Of a stretch of 64,000 nt of DNA, positions 26,438 to 39,963 are shown piece by piece. Within the stretch, counting starts at the first letter, position 1, and every line of letters starts with the position of its first letter. The notes under the pieces were generated by a model that saw nothing but the letters and a program-made list of their open reading frames with translations, ran no database searches and was not told where the DNA came from. Both the position numbers and the translations under genes were made by a program. This DNA comes from Ginglymostoma cirratum (Eukaryota), in the NCBI GenBank assembly GCA_024137785.1, contig JAHRHZ010000062.1:27390244-27454243 (forward strand), written 5' to 3'.

Positions 26438-27299
26438 TTGAAACATTATTGTTACACTGTACGACTATGGAATCAGAAGTGTGGAGTAAGTTGGCGCTAG
26501 AAATTACTTACAAATCTGTAATCGATACATTAGCTAACTCTCACTTAGGAATAGAAATTTAGAATTTTAATACAGTTTCCCGTTTTACACTTAGTAGCAA
26601 TGACACCCTGATGCTGTCAATCAATGTAGGTATTCTGTCCACTCCACAGTGACAGATTATATTGGATACCACACCAACATTTCTAAGTCACATGATATTC
26701 CCTTATAATTACCGCTTGTTTGGATTTCCTCAAGTTCTTTCTATCATGGTTGTAGGATCCACTGAATCTTTGAAGTAACATGACAAAACTGACTTTGGTT
26801 CGTCATGAAGTATGTGCATTTGCTTTCCTGAATTAATATAGTAAAAAGAAAATAAAGGTAAGATGATTGCAGTTGCAAAAGATGTTAGCAATAGGAAGCG
26901 TAATCTTTACGTATAAGAATGCTGTTGAAATTCATCAAAGTCATAGAGTTATAAAAGATATTAGATGGTATTGATTAACTAGTTTACTTAATCGAATTAA
27001 GGATCAAAAGACATTAATGGAAAGTAATGTCAAATAAGTTGAGGATATGTATCATGAACAGCTTTTTCTTTTAAATTGTAATAAAGATTTCGATTAATCT
27101 AACGAATAATCTCTTTAAACAGCTGGTGAAAGCAAAAACAACATTTTTTAATAATTTGAAGCTATATTTCTCCAGCACAGATAAAGCCTGCATAAATTTT
27201 ACATTTTATGTTTGAAAGCTTTAAAGTTTTATTTTACTGTGACCAGCCTGAGTTTCTTTTCCTGCTAAACAAGAAAGCGACTGGTTTAGCTAGTGAGAA

Positions 27300-27520
27300 A
27301 CCAAAAGAACTGAAGATGCTGAAAAACAGAAACAAAAAGAGAAATCGATGGAAAAGCACAGCAGGTCTGACAACATCAGTAGAGAGAAATCCGAGTTAAT
27401 GTTTTGGGTCCAGTGACCTGAAGGTTCTGAGAAAGGGCCACTGGACCCCAAATGTTAACTCTGATTTCTCTCCATAGATGCTGCCAGACCTGCTGAGTTC
27501 TTCCGATAATCTGGTTTTAG
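27300..27520. mobile_element. Palindromic Penelope-terminus-type element
   Basis: 27359-27418 is the reverse complement of 27436-27495 with few mismatches. Confidence 0.8.
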
Positions 27521-27552
27521 CTTGGCTGGTGACTTAGCCTTGGGCACTCCTT

Positions 27553-28195
27553 GAACAGAATTTTAAGAGATGTCACTATGGGGAATGCACGTGGAAAGTT
27601 CCCATAAAATTCATTGCATGGCCTTCCAGCTACACACCTGCTTGCCTGCAACCTCTCAGAAATTTTATGGGACATAAGCAAGGCCTAGGGAGACCAAACC
27701 TCTTTTGCTTTAATTGAGTGGCTAATTAATTGTCAGTGCTTCCCCGCAGGCTGGAAATTTTAGCCGAGTAGGAGGCCAGGGATGTTGGGTCTTAGGTGGG
27801 AAAGTGGTAGAGGCTGTTCCATTTCTTATCCTTCTCTCCTGATCAGGTCAGCCTCCCTAAGTCTGCACCCCCTCATCCCAGTTGGAGTTCAATCTAGTCA
27901 GCCTTTTTAACTTCCCAACATCCTCCCTGGTGGCCTTGCACCTAATACCCCCGTCCTGTCCATGCCATAAGCCCTCTCTACTTAACTTTGTTTTCGGCTT
28001 CCAGCACTTAGGCTCATGGCAATACATTTTGACCAAAGGGTGGCCATCGCTCCTGGTGTTGTTTCTGGGACTGCAGAGCCTCCAGCCAAGAAATGTCAAA
28101 TGACTACAAAGCAGCTGATATTGGGATAGGCGCAGACCCTGCTGATATTTTTGGTGGCAGGGTGGCAAAATCCACTGTCCAAAAATTCCTGCCCA
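27553..28195. mobile_element. GC-richer non-autonomous DNA-transposon-like repeat
   Basis: Ends gaacagaatttt / aaaattcctgccc resemble the short TIR-like ends of the Harbinger relic at 51311-54377; local GC rise. Confidence 0.4.
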
Positions 28196-31100
28196 GTAGG
28201 TGAGAGTGCTGTTCACTTTAATAAGTGGAGAAAAATGGTTTGGTATTATGAGCAGCGTTTAGATTCAGAAACAGGCATGTAAGTTATTGAGTGCACTTAT
28301 AATCAGAAAATTCTTATCATGGAAAACCAAACAAATCTTCAGACACTGGACTTGCAGGTGAAATGATAGTCATTCCAAATATTCATCCTGCACAATCAAG
28401 CGATTTTGGTGGCTGATCTGGATACAGTCTCAGACAGAAGGGCAGCACTGTGGGAGCAGGAGCAACATCTTAGTTTGGTGTCGTGTCCAGCTAACAAAGC
28501 GGGAAGTAGTGCCTGCACTTTAGAAACCCAAATCCCATAAGCCCACTGGCAGATCAGCAGTTTATATCAATGAAGGGGATCAAAAGGCACAGGCTCCAAA
28601 GGCCAAAAAGCATTGAAAAACGGGTGGATCTGTCTGGCAGGCTGCGGTCTGGACACCACTGGCTTGGAATTTCTAATATCATGTTCAATAATTTAACATA
28701 CAGTTCTTTTATTTCTCCAGTTCAGCAGCTGAATTTATGCTGTAATGAAATGAGATATTACTTTCAGAGAAGTGCTGATTGGTATTTGTACAACGTTGAT
28801 TTGATTTAATTGAATACTGACTGATCATCACTCACACCACACCCCTGCCTCAATTGATAGCTACAAGGATTTATGATCGCATTATCCATAAAATAAAGCG
28901 TTAAGCATAACATCATAAATATCAATGAGTTCTATAATTATTAATTGAAAACTAGATCTTCTTAATATTAAATTGTTTCTACTGTGGAGAAGAATTTTAA
29001 AACTTAACTTTTGAAAGTTACTGAAGCACTTCCATTCACTGCTCTCAAGCTTAATTCATTGATAGTATGACCCAATTTATATAATGGATACATTCGGTTA
29101 TAAATTGAAAATCCTTCATTTCCCTCGATTATATTTCTGAATTTATGTTAGATTTAAAATATTTATTGGTCAAGTCTGCAATGGAACATGGCATGAAATA
29201 TGTCAATCCATTTCATTCAATTAGTTATTTATTATACGATCAAATAGTGTATCTCAGTACTTATTAATAATGTAATTTTGTTATAAAAGATAGGATCGTA
29301 CCACATGGGAAGGTTATCTCTTGCTGAATTGTTGTGAATTACTTTAACATGCAGATTATTTTCTGATATGACTGCCTCAAAAAGGAATTTCCTGCATATT
29401 TCTACTGAATAATAGATCTGTGCCTTGAAAGGATGGTGTGGAATGTTAAAGCATGAATAGTCCTATAAAATTTCTTAGCCACTTTAAAGATAACATTTAA
29501 TATCTTCGTTAAAGTGAATAGGGAGAAATTTCAGAGAACCAGATTATGCCTTTGTTTCAATGATCCCATGATGACATTCTAAGTCTGATTTTTACTGCAG
29601 TATAGACACAGAAATATGGATATGTTCATGGCAGAAATCTAGAGTGAGCGCACTGAAAGTACAGAACTGCGATAGCAATACATTCTCTGTGTATTCAAAA
29701 TTTGACGATCATTTTTGATTACGCTCAGACATATCAATAACAATTGGTTTCACGTGGTTGCAGTGCCAAAGTTTTGCCTTCATTTAATTTCACTTTTCAA
29801 TGATAGGTTCTTCTTGAAATTAGCTTTTTATACAATATTTTCGCAAATTATAGGTTTATGAAAAATTAACTTATTTGTTGAATAGCTGCTTGGGAACTAG
29901 AATCAGGTGAGCAGGTTTTGAATCATTCTGAAAGACCAAACCTACTTCCATTCATTTTTGTCATAGAGAACATCTGGTCTGTTAAACATGGAAATACAAA
30001 TTCATAGGAGAAGTATAAAATATTCTGCAGGTTTCTAATGCTTTTTAAGTCTATTCTGATGTCCAAGTTTGTGAAGTAGATTTGTGTTTTATTCTGTGTT
30101 GAGACTGAGCTGCCTAATGAATGACGAAGTGGCTTAGGAAACACAGGAATACCATTTTGCAATATTTATTCACAAGTCATAGAATCTTGACTTGAAACAT
30201 TATATTTGATAGCAAAGGCATCCATGAACAGTTTTTAAGAATTCAATTAAATATCAATATATTTCCTCTATAAGCAGTGATGTTCTAAATCTTTGGTGCC
30301 ATACAGTGCAATAAAAGCCCTGAAGAATGCCGACAAATAAATCCCCACCTTCTCCCCAACCCCACAGCCCCAAACACACAAATGTGTGGTGTGGAGAAAA
30401 GTGAGAAAAAATTGTATTTTTTAAAGTGAGTCACTCTGCAATCCAATTAGGAACCATAACTTAATACACCACGATGGTCATACATTTAATAGAATTTTTG
30501 TCTCGATCCTTTTTGTACTCATTGAGGTGAAGAATGCCAATCCTGCTGAGCAGAATATGTTTTATACCCAAAATTGACCTCCAAGGTTCCATTCAAAGGT
30601 TAGGTCAAAAATTGTTTGCTGAGCGTTACTTTATTGAAGCCTTGACCATACTAATGCCTGGTAAGAGTTACACTTGAATGGAAACAATTAATAAAAATAT
30701 TGCTCATTTAGCAGCCCAAGACTCAAGCCTCTCAAGACTGGAGACCCGTGACATATATATTGTGGTTCAAGCAGAGTGTGAACCTGCCCATATGCACCTT
30801 GCTCACAATTAAATTGCCAGTCATCAAAATGGAAAGCCTTTTTCTCCTTTAAGTACATTAAGTGATGGCATTTGCTTCTGCAATTTTTTTCAAGATGATG
30901 GGCTTTTAAAGTCACACAGGGTGACATAATAATACAAACAAAAGCAGCTTCACTTGATGTGCCCAGATGTAATAGCACATGAATTCCTGACCGCTGGTAC
31001 AGCACACCTGAAACCTGTAAAGGCAATCCTTTTGAGTACCCAAATCATTTGTTGTTTAAAAAAAAGTTAGTTTTCTCCTTTTAGAGCATTTTAAATTTGA

Positions 31101-31915
31101 GTAATAAATGAACTTGAGATTTTTTAATGTAGCATCTGTGAATGTGTTCTCACAACAGAAATTATTTTAAATCGGATTTGTAATTGTATTCAAAAGTATT
31201 AGAAGCGCAGAATTCATGGGTGGCAAGACAAGTGATGTTTTCATCTCTTCTCCCATGCTCTGAGGCAAAACATGCACCCCTAAAGACTCGAGTAGTACTA
31301 CTGGAAATGCAATCCAGATGTGTCAGGCAGGTTTCAGTACTGTACAGCTCTAACTGTTGAACTTACAACTAACTCTTTAGGGAGCTGTTGAAGGACCAAG
31401 CTGCTTCATTACCAGACATGCTTGTATGCATATTGAAAGTAAACGGTGCAGGTTCAAAGCAAGGAAAGTGGATCTTTTCTGGTGGGCATTAGCTGAGAAT
31501 GTACAATGTGAAAATTACAAATCATTTTGTCTTCTTGAAGAAAGGAATATTGTTTGGCACCAGCCTTGGATTTCATGGACAGATGGCTGCAGAAATTCTT
31601 TAAAGTGCAGGAAAGCTGTGATTGTGGCCAATACATATTGCAAAATAACTGTACAGCTATGATACAGGGCAGCTCTGTTTAAATTTAAAATGAGGAGTTC
31701 AGAAGTAAGTTACAGTAATTTCCAGGTTTATCAACTGATGGCAATGGGTAGAGGAAAACAAAAGAAAGCTATATTTACAAGATGACGAGAGGCTGGAACA
31801 GTGGCTTAGTGGGTTAAAACACTTGCCTTGTAAACAGGTGATACTGAGTTTGAATTGGCAATGCCTTTTAAAGGGCTCTTGTGGCACACTGGCTCAGAAG
31901 TAGGAGCACTACTAG

Positions 31916-31956
31916 AAGTTTTTCTGAAGAAGGGTCTCGACCCGAAACGTCAACTT
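31916..31956 (+). ncRNA. Minimal type I hammerhead ribozyme-like motif
   Basis: CTGAAGA-A-GGGT(ctcg)ACCC-GAAA-CGTC: core boxes, stem II, palindromic ACGT in place of stem III, GUC cleavage triplet at 31949-31951. Activity untested. Confidence 0.6.
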
Positions 31957-32017
31957 TCCTGCTCCTCTGATGCTGCTTGGCCTGCTGTGTTCATCCAGCT
32001 CCACAACGTTTTATCGT
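31919..32017 (+). mobile_element. 99-nt Penelope-terminus-type insertion with 11-bp target-site duplication
   Basis: Flanked by ACTACTAGAAG at 31908-31918 and 32018-32028. Confidence 0.85.
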
Positions 32018-34169
32018 ACTACTAGAAGGTGCAGGTTCAAGCTCCACCTGCTCCAAGGGTGTGTTATAACACATCTGATCAGATTGATTGATTTAAAAAT
32101 ATCTACAAGATGACTAGGAACAAAAATTTGATTAATCTCTTTAGCACTCAGCTAACCCTCTTGAAATTTGACTCATTGGCTCATTATTAGAATCTGTCCA
32201 CTTCACAGATGCAAAATTCTATGCACATTCCATAGGACCAAGAAATGTTTTAAATGTGTAAACTAAGGCCAATAGTAGTGGGAATCCAAAAACTTGAAAG
32301 GAGTAGTGTGGCAGTAATAATTAGGTGACACCGGACTTCAATTTTGAAAGCATGTGGGATGTAGGCAGCTTTAAGTTTCTGTAAAAGAGAGATAAATGGA
32401 AAAGACTCTACAGTGAGTCTTCATTTCAACTTAGTGAAGATGCAGGGAAGAAGACAAGTGATTATGATGTTGAGATGCTGAAGATGAAAGTGACAAATTG
32501 GGATGATGCCAAGGAGAAATTCAAAGTTGAGGGTGACGATAAACTGAAGGACAATGACTTAACATGGATCACCTGTATGAGCATATTTAGAAAGGAATGC
32601 ATCTGGTGATGTGGCAACAGTTGCCAATCAGCATTTTGATGAAAAAGTTCTTGTTTAAGATCTTAGATTAAAATAATGCACTACTAAAATATTACCATGC
32701 TAAACTGCCATTCCAAAAAGCATTTAAGACTCTCATTCTACATATTAGTGTTTTTGTGCAGAGAGGAATATGGTTCCCTGAGCGAGATCAGAATATACCC
32801 CAAAGCAAGACTAAAACATAGTAATCATAAATAATGGAAAAAAGATCTGTGGTCCTTCCGTATGAAGCTGATTCCATCTTTGATAACCATGAAAGAAAAA
32901 TAAACTCTTACCACAATTGTTCCACAGAATCTGTTTCTTGTTAAGTGATTTGTTGATGTTCTGTTTCCTCCATATTGGAAAAATCTGTTGGAAATTATGC
33001 CCCTTTATATAATATTTCTTCTACCATTTTCAGACAAGAGGGTCTACCTGTTGTAATTTTCCAAGGCAGGGACTCTTCCTTCAAAATTTTTCATTGTACA
33101 TCAATGGATAGTGTTTGTAATTTGTCTACGAAATCTAGGACAGTTCTGTTGGCAGCAATAGTGTATCTGTCGGTTCTAAGCTGTTGAGTGTATCAAGTGG
33201 CAAAATCAGGCCTGTCTTTAGCAATGCCCTGACTAAAATTTTGTCAGAAAGCACCAACCCTTAATTATAATTGATACCTTTATAATCACTGCATTTACTT
33301 TATTGCAGTAATGTCTTGAGCAACACCACACACACAAAAAACAAGATTTGTTACACTGTATCTCTGCCCAAAACAAAAAAAATACAAGCAGTTGGGATTA
33401 ATGCATTCTTGAAAATCCTATTTTTCTTTGTTAAACATTTGCAGCCTGAGAAAGAGTAAGTGACCTAATAAAACAGCTTACATGGGAGAGTGTGGACTTG
33501 TGTTGAAAACTTCATGTCACCTTATTTTAAATGTTCAAGATAAAGGAACTAGAGTCAGATTTACCATTAAAAAATTCCAGAGTTTTCATTTTTCTTTCTC
33601 TTTTGCCTGCTACTGCACTCTGCAGTTGTCCCCAGGAGAATTGTTAGTGTACAGTAGGGTTAAGCCTTCACATCCTTAAATTAATGCTTTCAACGTTTTT
33701 TACTTGGCAGTCTCCTCTGAAAGGAAGAGTTTAATGATAAAATGAAACATACGGTAGCTGGTTAACTACTTCAAGTTGTGCTTGATGTTTTTGGGCATTT
33801 TCTTTAAAGTAAGTATGTGACAGTGCAAGTAGACTGAATGCTTGTTTTCAAAGAATACTTTTTTTTGACAAATTAATCCTTTGGAATTTAGAGAAGAAGC
33901 ATTATTGTTCTGCCAAATTCTAAAAGAATAGAAATGTTTCAAACTCTTAATAAGCAGATTGGATTTAGAAATAAGTTATTGTGTAGGTTTCATATTGTGA
34001 TAGTTGCTTCAATAGTCAGAGGACTTCCTTATTTATAGAGTACATACACCTGCAGAATAACATTTGCAGATTGAATATTCATTTCAGCCAAATCAAGTGC
34101 TAACCCAAGATAACACAGTTCAGAACAGGAGAGAGAGAGAAGCTAACCAAATAACTAGACAATAGTAAA

Positions 34170-34345
34170 TAAAAACTGAAAGAACTGCAGATGCTGTAAA
34201 TCAAAACCAAACACAGAAATTGCTGGAAAAGCTCAGCATGTCTGGCAGCATCTGTGGAGAGAAATCAGAGTTAATGTTTCAGGTTGGGGTACCCTTCCTC
34301 AGAACTGATGATAGCTAGGAAAATGTCAGTTTATATTGCAGAAGA
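34170..34345 (-). mobile_element. Penelope-terminus-type repeat with hammerhead-like core
   Basis: Minus strand agtt-CTGAGGA-agggtaccccaacct-GAAA-catt-aact; remainder homologous to 27436-27500. Confidence 0.75.
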
Positions 34346-34701
34346 TAGGGTAGGGGGAGGAAGGAGTAATCTAAACAATGGTTCTGAGTAAATGAATCAG
34401 ATGGTACTTCCCTGGCGATAGGACATTCTTAAGGTACTGGTTTCAAGTCCACGGAGGAAGCCAATGTGTTTCAATGCAGCACCTCATACTGAAAAATCTG
34501 AGTACTTTGTCAGGATAACATTAAACTTATTTGTGGTGTCCTGCACAGTAAAATAGATTACTGATGCTCATAATCTTTGTTAGCCTTTTATTCCCAGTCA
34601 TTTTTAACCAGGCATAACTTAGCATTAACATTGAATTGTGTGCTTATGCAAACAGTGTCTTGATTACAATATCAGACAACCCATGTTCTCAGACAGTTTA
34701 A

Positions 34702-34980
<279 letters not shown>

Positions 34981-35469
34981 TAATAGAAACATTTTCTAAG
35001 GTATGAATTCGCAAAGGTTAATTTGGAAAGAAGTGTTGTTCAAGAGAAGCAGCAAACAGGTTATAAATATATTGGCACCTGAACCTCTCCAAACCAGCAG
35101 CCACTTCGCATATATTCCAGACAGGAAATAGGCCAGTTGCATGTTAAAATGCAGCAAACCAGCAGAAACACATTGGGAATTAATATACATGCAAATAGCT
35201 TTTTTGTTAATTTTATTTATTCAATTTCTGTTCAAATAATTTTGCAATCAGTAATCTAAGACTTCTTTTTGACATTTCTCTTCAACATTTCCGTTGTCAG
35301 TTAGTTGAATTGTCTAATTAGCATTATACAATTTACCAATCTTAGCAGTGGGATAATTTACATATTTAGTTCAGAGCAAGTGCCTATAAGAGATACCTGC
35401 CCTGGTTCAAGCCAATCCCAGAGCAAAACTGTGCCTTGTTTTTCCAAATGTGATCCCCCAAATACCCAA

Positions 35470-35600
35470 GGAAAAACAAAAACAGAAATGGCTGAGAAAC
35501 TCAGCAGGTCTGGCAGCATCTGTGGAGAGAGAGAGATATAGTTAACATTTCAGGTTTAACATGGATTTATTGATGAGTTTCTCCAGCATTTTCTGTTCTT
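35470..35600 (-). mobile_element. Internally deleted palindromic copy of the same repeat
   Basis: acagaaatggctgagaaactcagcaggtctggcagcatctgtggagaga ... tgagtttctccagcattttctgtt, with inverted ends. Confidence 0.7.
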
Positions 35601-37242
35601 AGCATCCGCTTTTAGCTGAAGAAAACATGTTTTCCTCCCAAGTCCTCAGCTTTTACAGAAGAGATATCAGCAATAGATTACCTGTGGGATTGATGTGCCT
35701 TACTCTAGGAAAGGACAGGGACTTTCAAGTATCACAAGGCAAGGATACCAAATGTTGAGAGTTCTTATGAAGGCTTTCCTGAGTATAAAGGGAGAAATTC
35801 AAAGTGAAGTTCATGAACTGTCAGGTTCCCCTGAGAAGCAGAGGTGAGTAGGATGTATCTGGTTATCCCCTAAGCAGAGCTGAGTAGTCCAGTTTAGAAA
35901 AGGCAGAATCTCAGCAAGAATTCTGCCTCATATTCTGAGCCCTTTTGGTGAAAATGGAACCTCTCCTGACCTAGGAGGCTTTGGGACAGCATTTTTAAAA
36001 TACACAGTGTTTAACCTGTGTCCCTGTTTTGTGGTTCTTAATTGGTTGGTCAAACATTGGTGGAAATACTGTTCTGTCAGTATGTTGTGAGACAAAATGG
36101 AGAAAATAGTTAGGAGAGTGCAGGGTGTATTGGTCTATTAGTGTGATAAAGGCACCCATCAGATTCAGACAGATCCAACTGTCTTTCTTTGCAGCTGTTG
36201 CTGACAGAACAAATAATGCAAGAACATGATGACATTTGATCTACTAGTTTTATAATAAACTTGAGTCTACTAGCTATGATCACACATGCAGTCTAACAAA
36301 TCCACCATGGCATGGGCATGGTCATTTGGAAGATTGTAATGGGATCTGTGTGAAAAATGGAAAAAGGTACATGAACAAAGTGTAATACTCAACGGAATTC
36401 ACTTATCACTTAATGGCTAATAATACCTCATCTAGGTACATATAAAATGAAATGGAAGTTGCATCTAGCCCACACCCTCTGAAGATTTCATACCAGAAGT
36501 GATATACAAAGCATCACACATTGTTGCTAATGCTGTGAAAAAGGGGACAAGCTTTGACTTAATCAACTTTTCTGCATTAAGAGGGAACAGTTGGATTTTT
36601 CCACCCTTATAAAAGGTTCTGGGATTAGAATTATGGAGCTCAGTCCAGGCGATTTGACTGTGATTGTCATCCTTGGATTATTTGGGCCATGATCTACTCG
36701 ACGTTTATCGGATTGTTAAAGGAATGAATGAAAGTAAACCTAGAACAATACTTTGAAATTAAACTTGAAATATAGAACAAGAAGACACAGATACTAATTT
36801 TAGGATTAATTCCTGGAAATTGTATTACACACAAACAGTGATCAACATATGGAATTAATTTCCAGATAGAGAAGTGGAAACAATAAGCACGGATTTATTA
36901 AAAAAGTGACAATGGTTGCAATAGTGATACTAAGATTTAGCCTGTCTTTATTTTATGAACATTTGAAGTAAGTGGAATGGAAAGTGCAGTCCTGTTCTGT
37001 GATGGGATAAGAGTCATAGAGTATGCTGACAAGGAGTTATAAAATGGGGGAATCTGACAGCATGAAATGTCCCAACCTCCTCTACGGGTAGAATGTTACT
37101 CATGATCCTTATACCACTGCTGTCAACTGCTACCAATAGCAATATTATTAGGTTCAAGTAAATGAGTCATGTTCATCACGTCTTCAAAATAATTTATTTG
37201 TTGATTTCAGTTGCTAACAAATCAGTTTTCACCTCTGCATAG

Positions 37243-37546
37243 GCAACAACCTCAGATTCCAATCACCACGGCAGCAGGCGTAGTGTATCCTGGTGCTATC
37301 TCCATGGCAACCACAGCAGCATCACCACAACTGACATCCGAGTGTTCCAGTGAATCTGGCAGTCCAGAGCCAAGCATCCCAGTCATCCAGAGCACTTACA
37401 GCATGAAGGGAGAAAGCGGCAACCTGGGCGTGAACGAAATGATAAATGGTGAAGATGAAATGGAAATGTACGAGGACTATGAGGATGATCAGAAATCAGA
37501 CTATAGCAGTGACAATGAGAATCAGGAGGCCATCAGTGCCAACTGA
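37243..37546 (+). CDS. SOX6: SOX6 terminal coding exon: [24 protein letters not shown]...[34 protein letters not shown]
   Basis: ctgcatag|G acceptor with ttgCTAAC branch point about 25 nt upstream; phase-2 junction restores Gly; acidic tail ending SAN-TGA matches the SOX6 C-terminus. Confidence 0.96.
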
Positions 37547-37634
37547 AGAGCAACTGCAATCAGACTGTTATTTTGAACAAAAAAGAGTTATTGATGAGCC
37601 TGCATGTGTGGCTCCAACAGATTCATCAGCAATG

Positions 37635-39127
37635 GTCTTAAATGTTTCTTAATGTGTGAAGCATTCTGATTGTTCTTTTTATTTTTACAAAGTATCATGG
37701 ACATTTTACATTACTGGCTACAGCCTGAAAACAAAAAAAAAGTCAGGACTTGAAAGCTGTTGCTTAATATAGATTCACAGCTATCTGGCAGTCTTAAGTT
37801 TTTTTTTTTCCTTTCTCTTTTTTGAGCTTGTTTTAAAATGCTTTAGTTACTGTTTTCTTAAGGGGTGGGGGGTTTTATTCTCACTCAGGTATGCTGTGCC
37901 AACCAGCAACTTGTGAATGTGTTTTTAATCTGAACTATTTAAAATAACTTAAATTTCGTAGTTTTAAAAAGATTGGGGTTGGGGGGGTGGGATGGGAACC
38001 AAAACAAAAATGGCAGCACGTGTGCACAAAGAGCACAGCATAAAGCAGAACAACAAAGAGCTGAGCCCTGACTGGCTTTCCTTTTTTTAAGAATTCTTTA
38101 TTTTTGAGTTGCATATTGTACTGTTTGAATTAAGAAAGTGCCAAACTTCGAATAGCATTTTAATCTTAACACTCTGAAAAGTCTTATTTGGGAGACGCTA
38201 CAAAAGTCTTAGACAATCTTCTGTCATCTTAATGCGGAACAAAAAATATGTAGCCACACTTACCAATATGGTTCTTTCCAGACAACAGTGACGTTACTCA
38301 GGAATACGAACGAAGGATATCTATTTGAGACAGAGGAGGAGCTTGCCAGAGTGCATGTGTCCAAACACTTTTTCTTGATGTGTCACGATAGGGTGTTCAA
38401 CAGTTATTTTTTGCTGCAGCCATCATGACTAGTTGCTGCCTCACTTGTCACTGAAGCATAGTTTCCAGCCCTTTACCTCATTATGTTGGTTTCCGTTGAG
38501 AGTATCTTAGTCATTCCAGTGATCCATGGGGCCAATAATCTAGGATTATTGAGTTTAAAAGTAAACACAAAGGGGGAAAGAAAAGTGTAAAACCTGGGGG
38601 GTAAAATCAGTAACCATAAGTTTCTGGGTGGTCTGACCAAATGGAAAATACCTTGATCAAACCAGCTAAAAGGGTAAAATTTGAGCAGGAATAATTCCGT
38701 TACTCTGATTTTTTCCCCATGTAATTGGCACTAACGTTCATCATCCTTTGCTTCCCCCCACAAAACACCCCTTGAATTAGGAAGGTTAGACTGGGCTAAT
38801 CTTATTTCAGCCTCACAGGAATGTTGTTGAGGTAACAGAGAGAGAGAGAGAGAGAGAGAAAGAGAAAGAGAAAGGAGAGAGGAGCCTCGATGTTACATTT
38901 GATTTATGTTCCATCTGACCCTAGAGCCTTACCTGCTGTTCAACGGTGTTAAGTAACTTAAAGAAAAACCATTTTCATTCCTCTGCATAGTTAGCTTTCA
39001 CCTTGATAAGCAGAAATAGGGTAGGGATGAGTAGGGAGGGAACTAAACACTAACATTTTACTTAATTTCACGATGTCTTAATTCAGCTACTGCATTGCTG
39101 TGAGCATTATGCATTGTAAGGTCTTAA
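37635..39127 (+). promoter_or_regulatory. Cluster of six miR-499/miR-208 seed matches
   Basis: GTCTTAA 37635, AGTCTTAA 37790, AGTCTTA 38180, AGTCTTA 38205, GTCTTAA 39075, GTCTTAA 39121; seed UAAGACU. Confidence 0.75.
38837..38881. repeat. (AG)n microsatellite in the 3'UTR
   Basis: Directly visible. Confidence 0.9.
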
Positions 39128-39881
39128 ACATTAATATGATTTGATATGCACGAAGTGGGTGAGGTTTACCACACGTAGAAACAAGACAGGTAAATTACAA
39201 AAATATTATGGTACATCTCCATTAACTTGCCCTGTGTATTCAAATCATCCATCCCAAATACTTAATATGTGATGGAAAATATAAATGACCATTATTAAAT
39301 TTAAAAGGCACTATTGATAGTTCCATTGCATTTGAAATTGGGGAGAAGTGAGGCAGAATTCTGCTTATTATTTAAACTTAAAATGAATACTGATACTCCA
39401 TTATTTAATGTTGGATTAGTTTAATTTGGACTGTGATGCTTTAGTTGGAATGTCATGCAATGAGAATAACTGATGAACACACTATTTATTTAGCAAATTA
39501 TTCAAAGTACTAAGAGAAGTTATTCCTTTCAAAAAAACACTTTGAACTTTATATCTGGCTTCAACTTGAGGGAGGGAGGAATGAGGGGATGGTCTCTATT
39601 TCACATGATATAATTTATTAAGGTTCTTATAAATTCTGAGTAATAATCAGCTCCCCTCAACTGCTTTTATTTTTAAAATTCAGTTTTACTTAGGACAGTG
39701 TATGGCTTGTAGTTTGAGAGTACATATTTTAGTTCATTTTTCAATGCACACAAACATTTAGTTGTTTTAGCTGTTTTGTTGCCATGCCAATATGATATAG
39801 TGCAGGCTGGTGGGAAAACAAAGGACTGTTTTTTTGGGACTGAAACTTGATTATGCTTGTAGTGTGTGTATGTAAATATTT

Positions 39882-39963
39882 TTATATATATGTAATATAT
39901 ATAATGATACACATACACACATGGACACACACATTACATACACGCTCACACACACATACACAC
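39882..39963. repeat. (TA)n/(CA)n compound microsatellite in the 3'UTR
   Basis: Directly visible. Confidence 0.85.

Larger units (their letters stand above)
31872..32090 (+). mobile_element. tRNA-derived short SINE interrupted by a younger insertion
   Basis: gggctcttgtggcacactgg...[insert]...agaaggtgcaggttcaagctccacctgctccaagggtgtg matches the 22869-22970 family. Confidence 0.75.

Noticed and set aside
37201-37242. Upstream acceptor tttcag at 37210 for the last exon
   Set aside because: 32 nt upstream, so it would frameshift, and it precedes the CTAAC branch point serving 37243.
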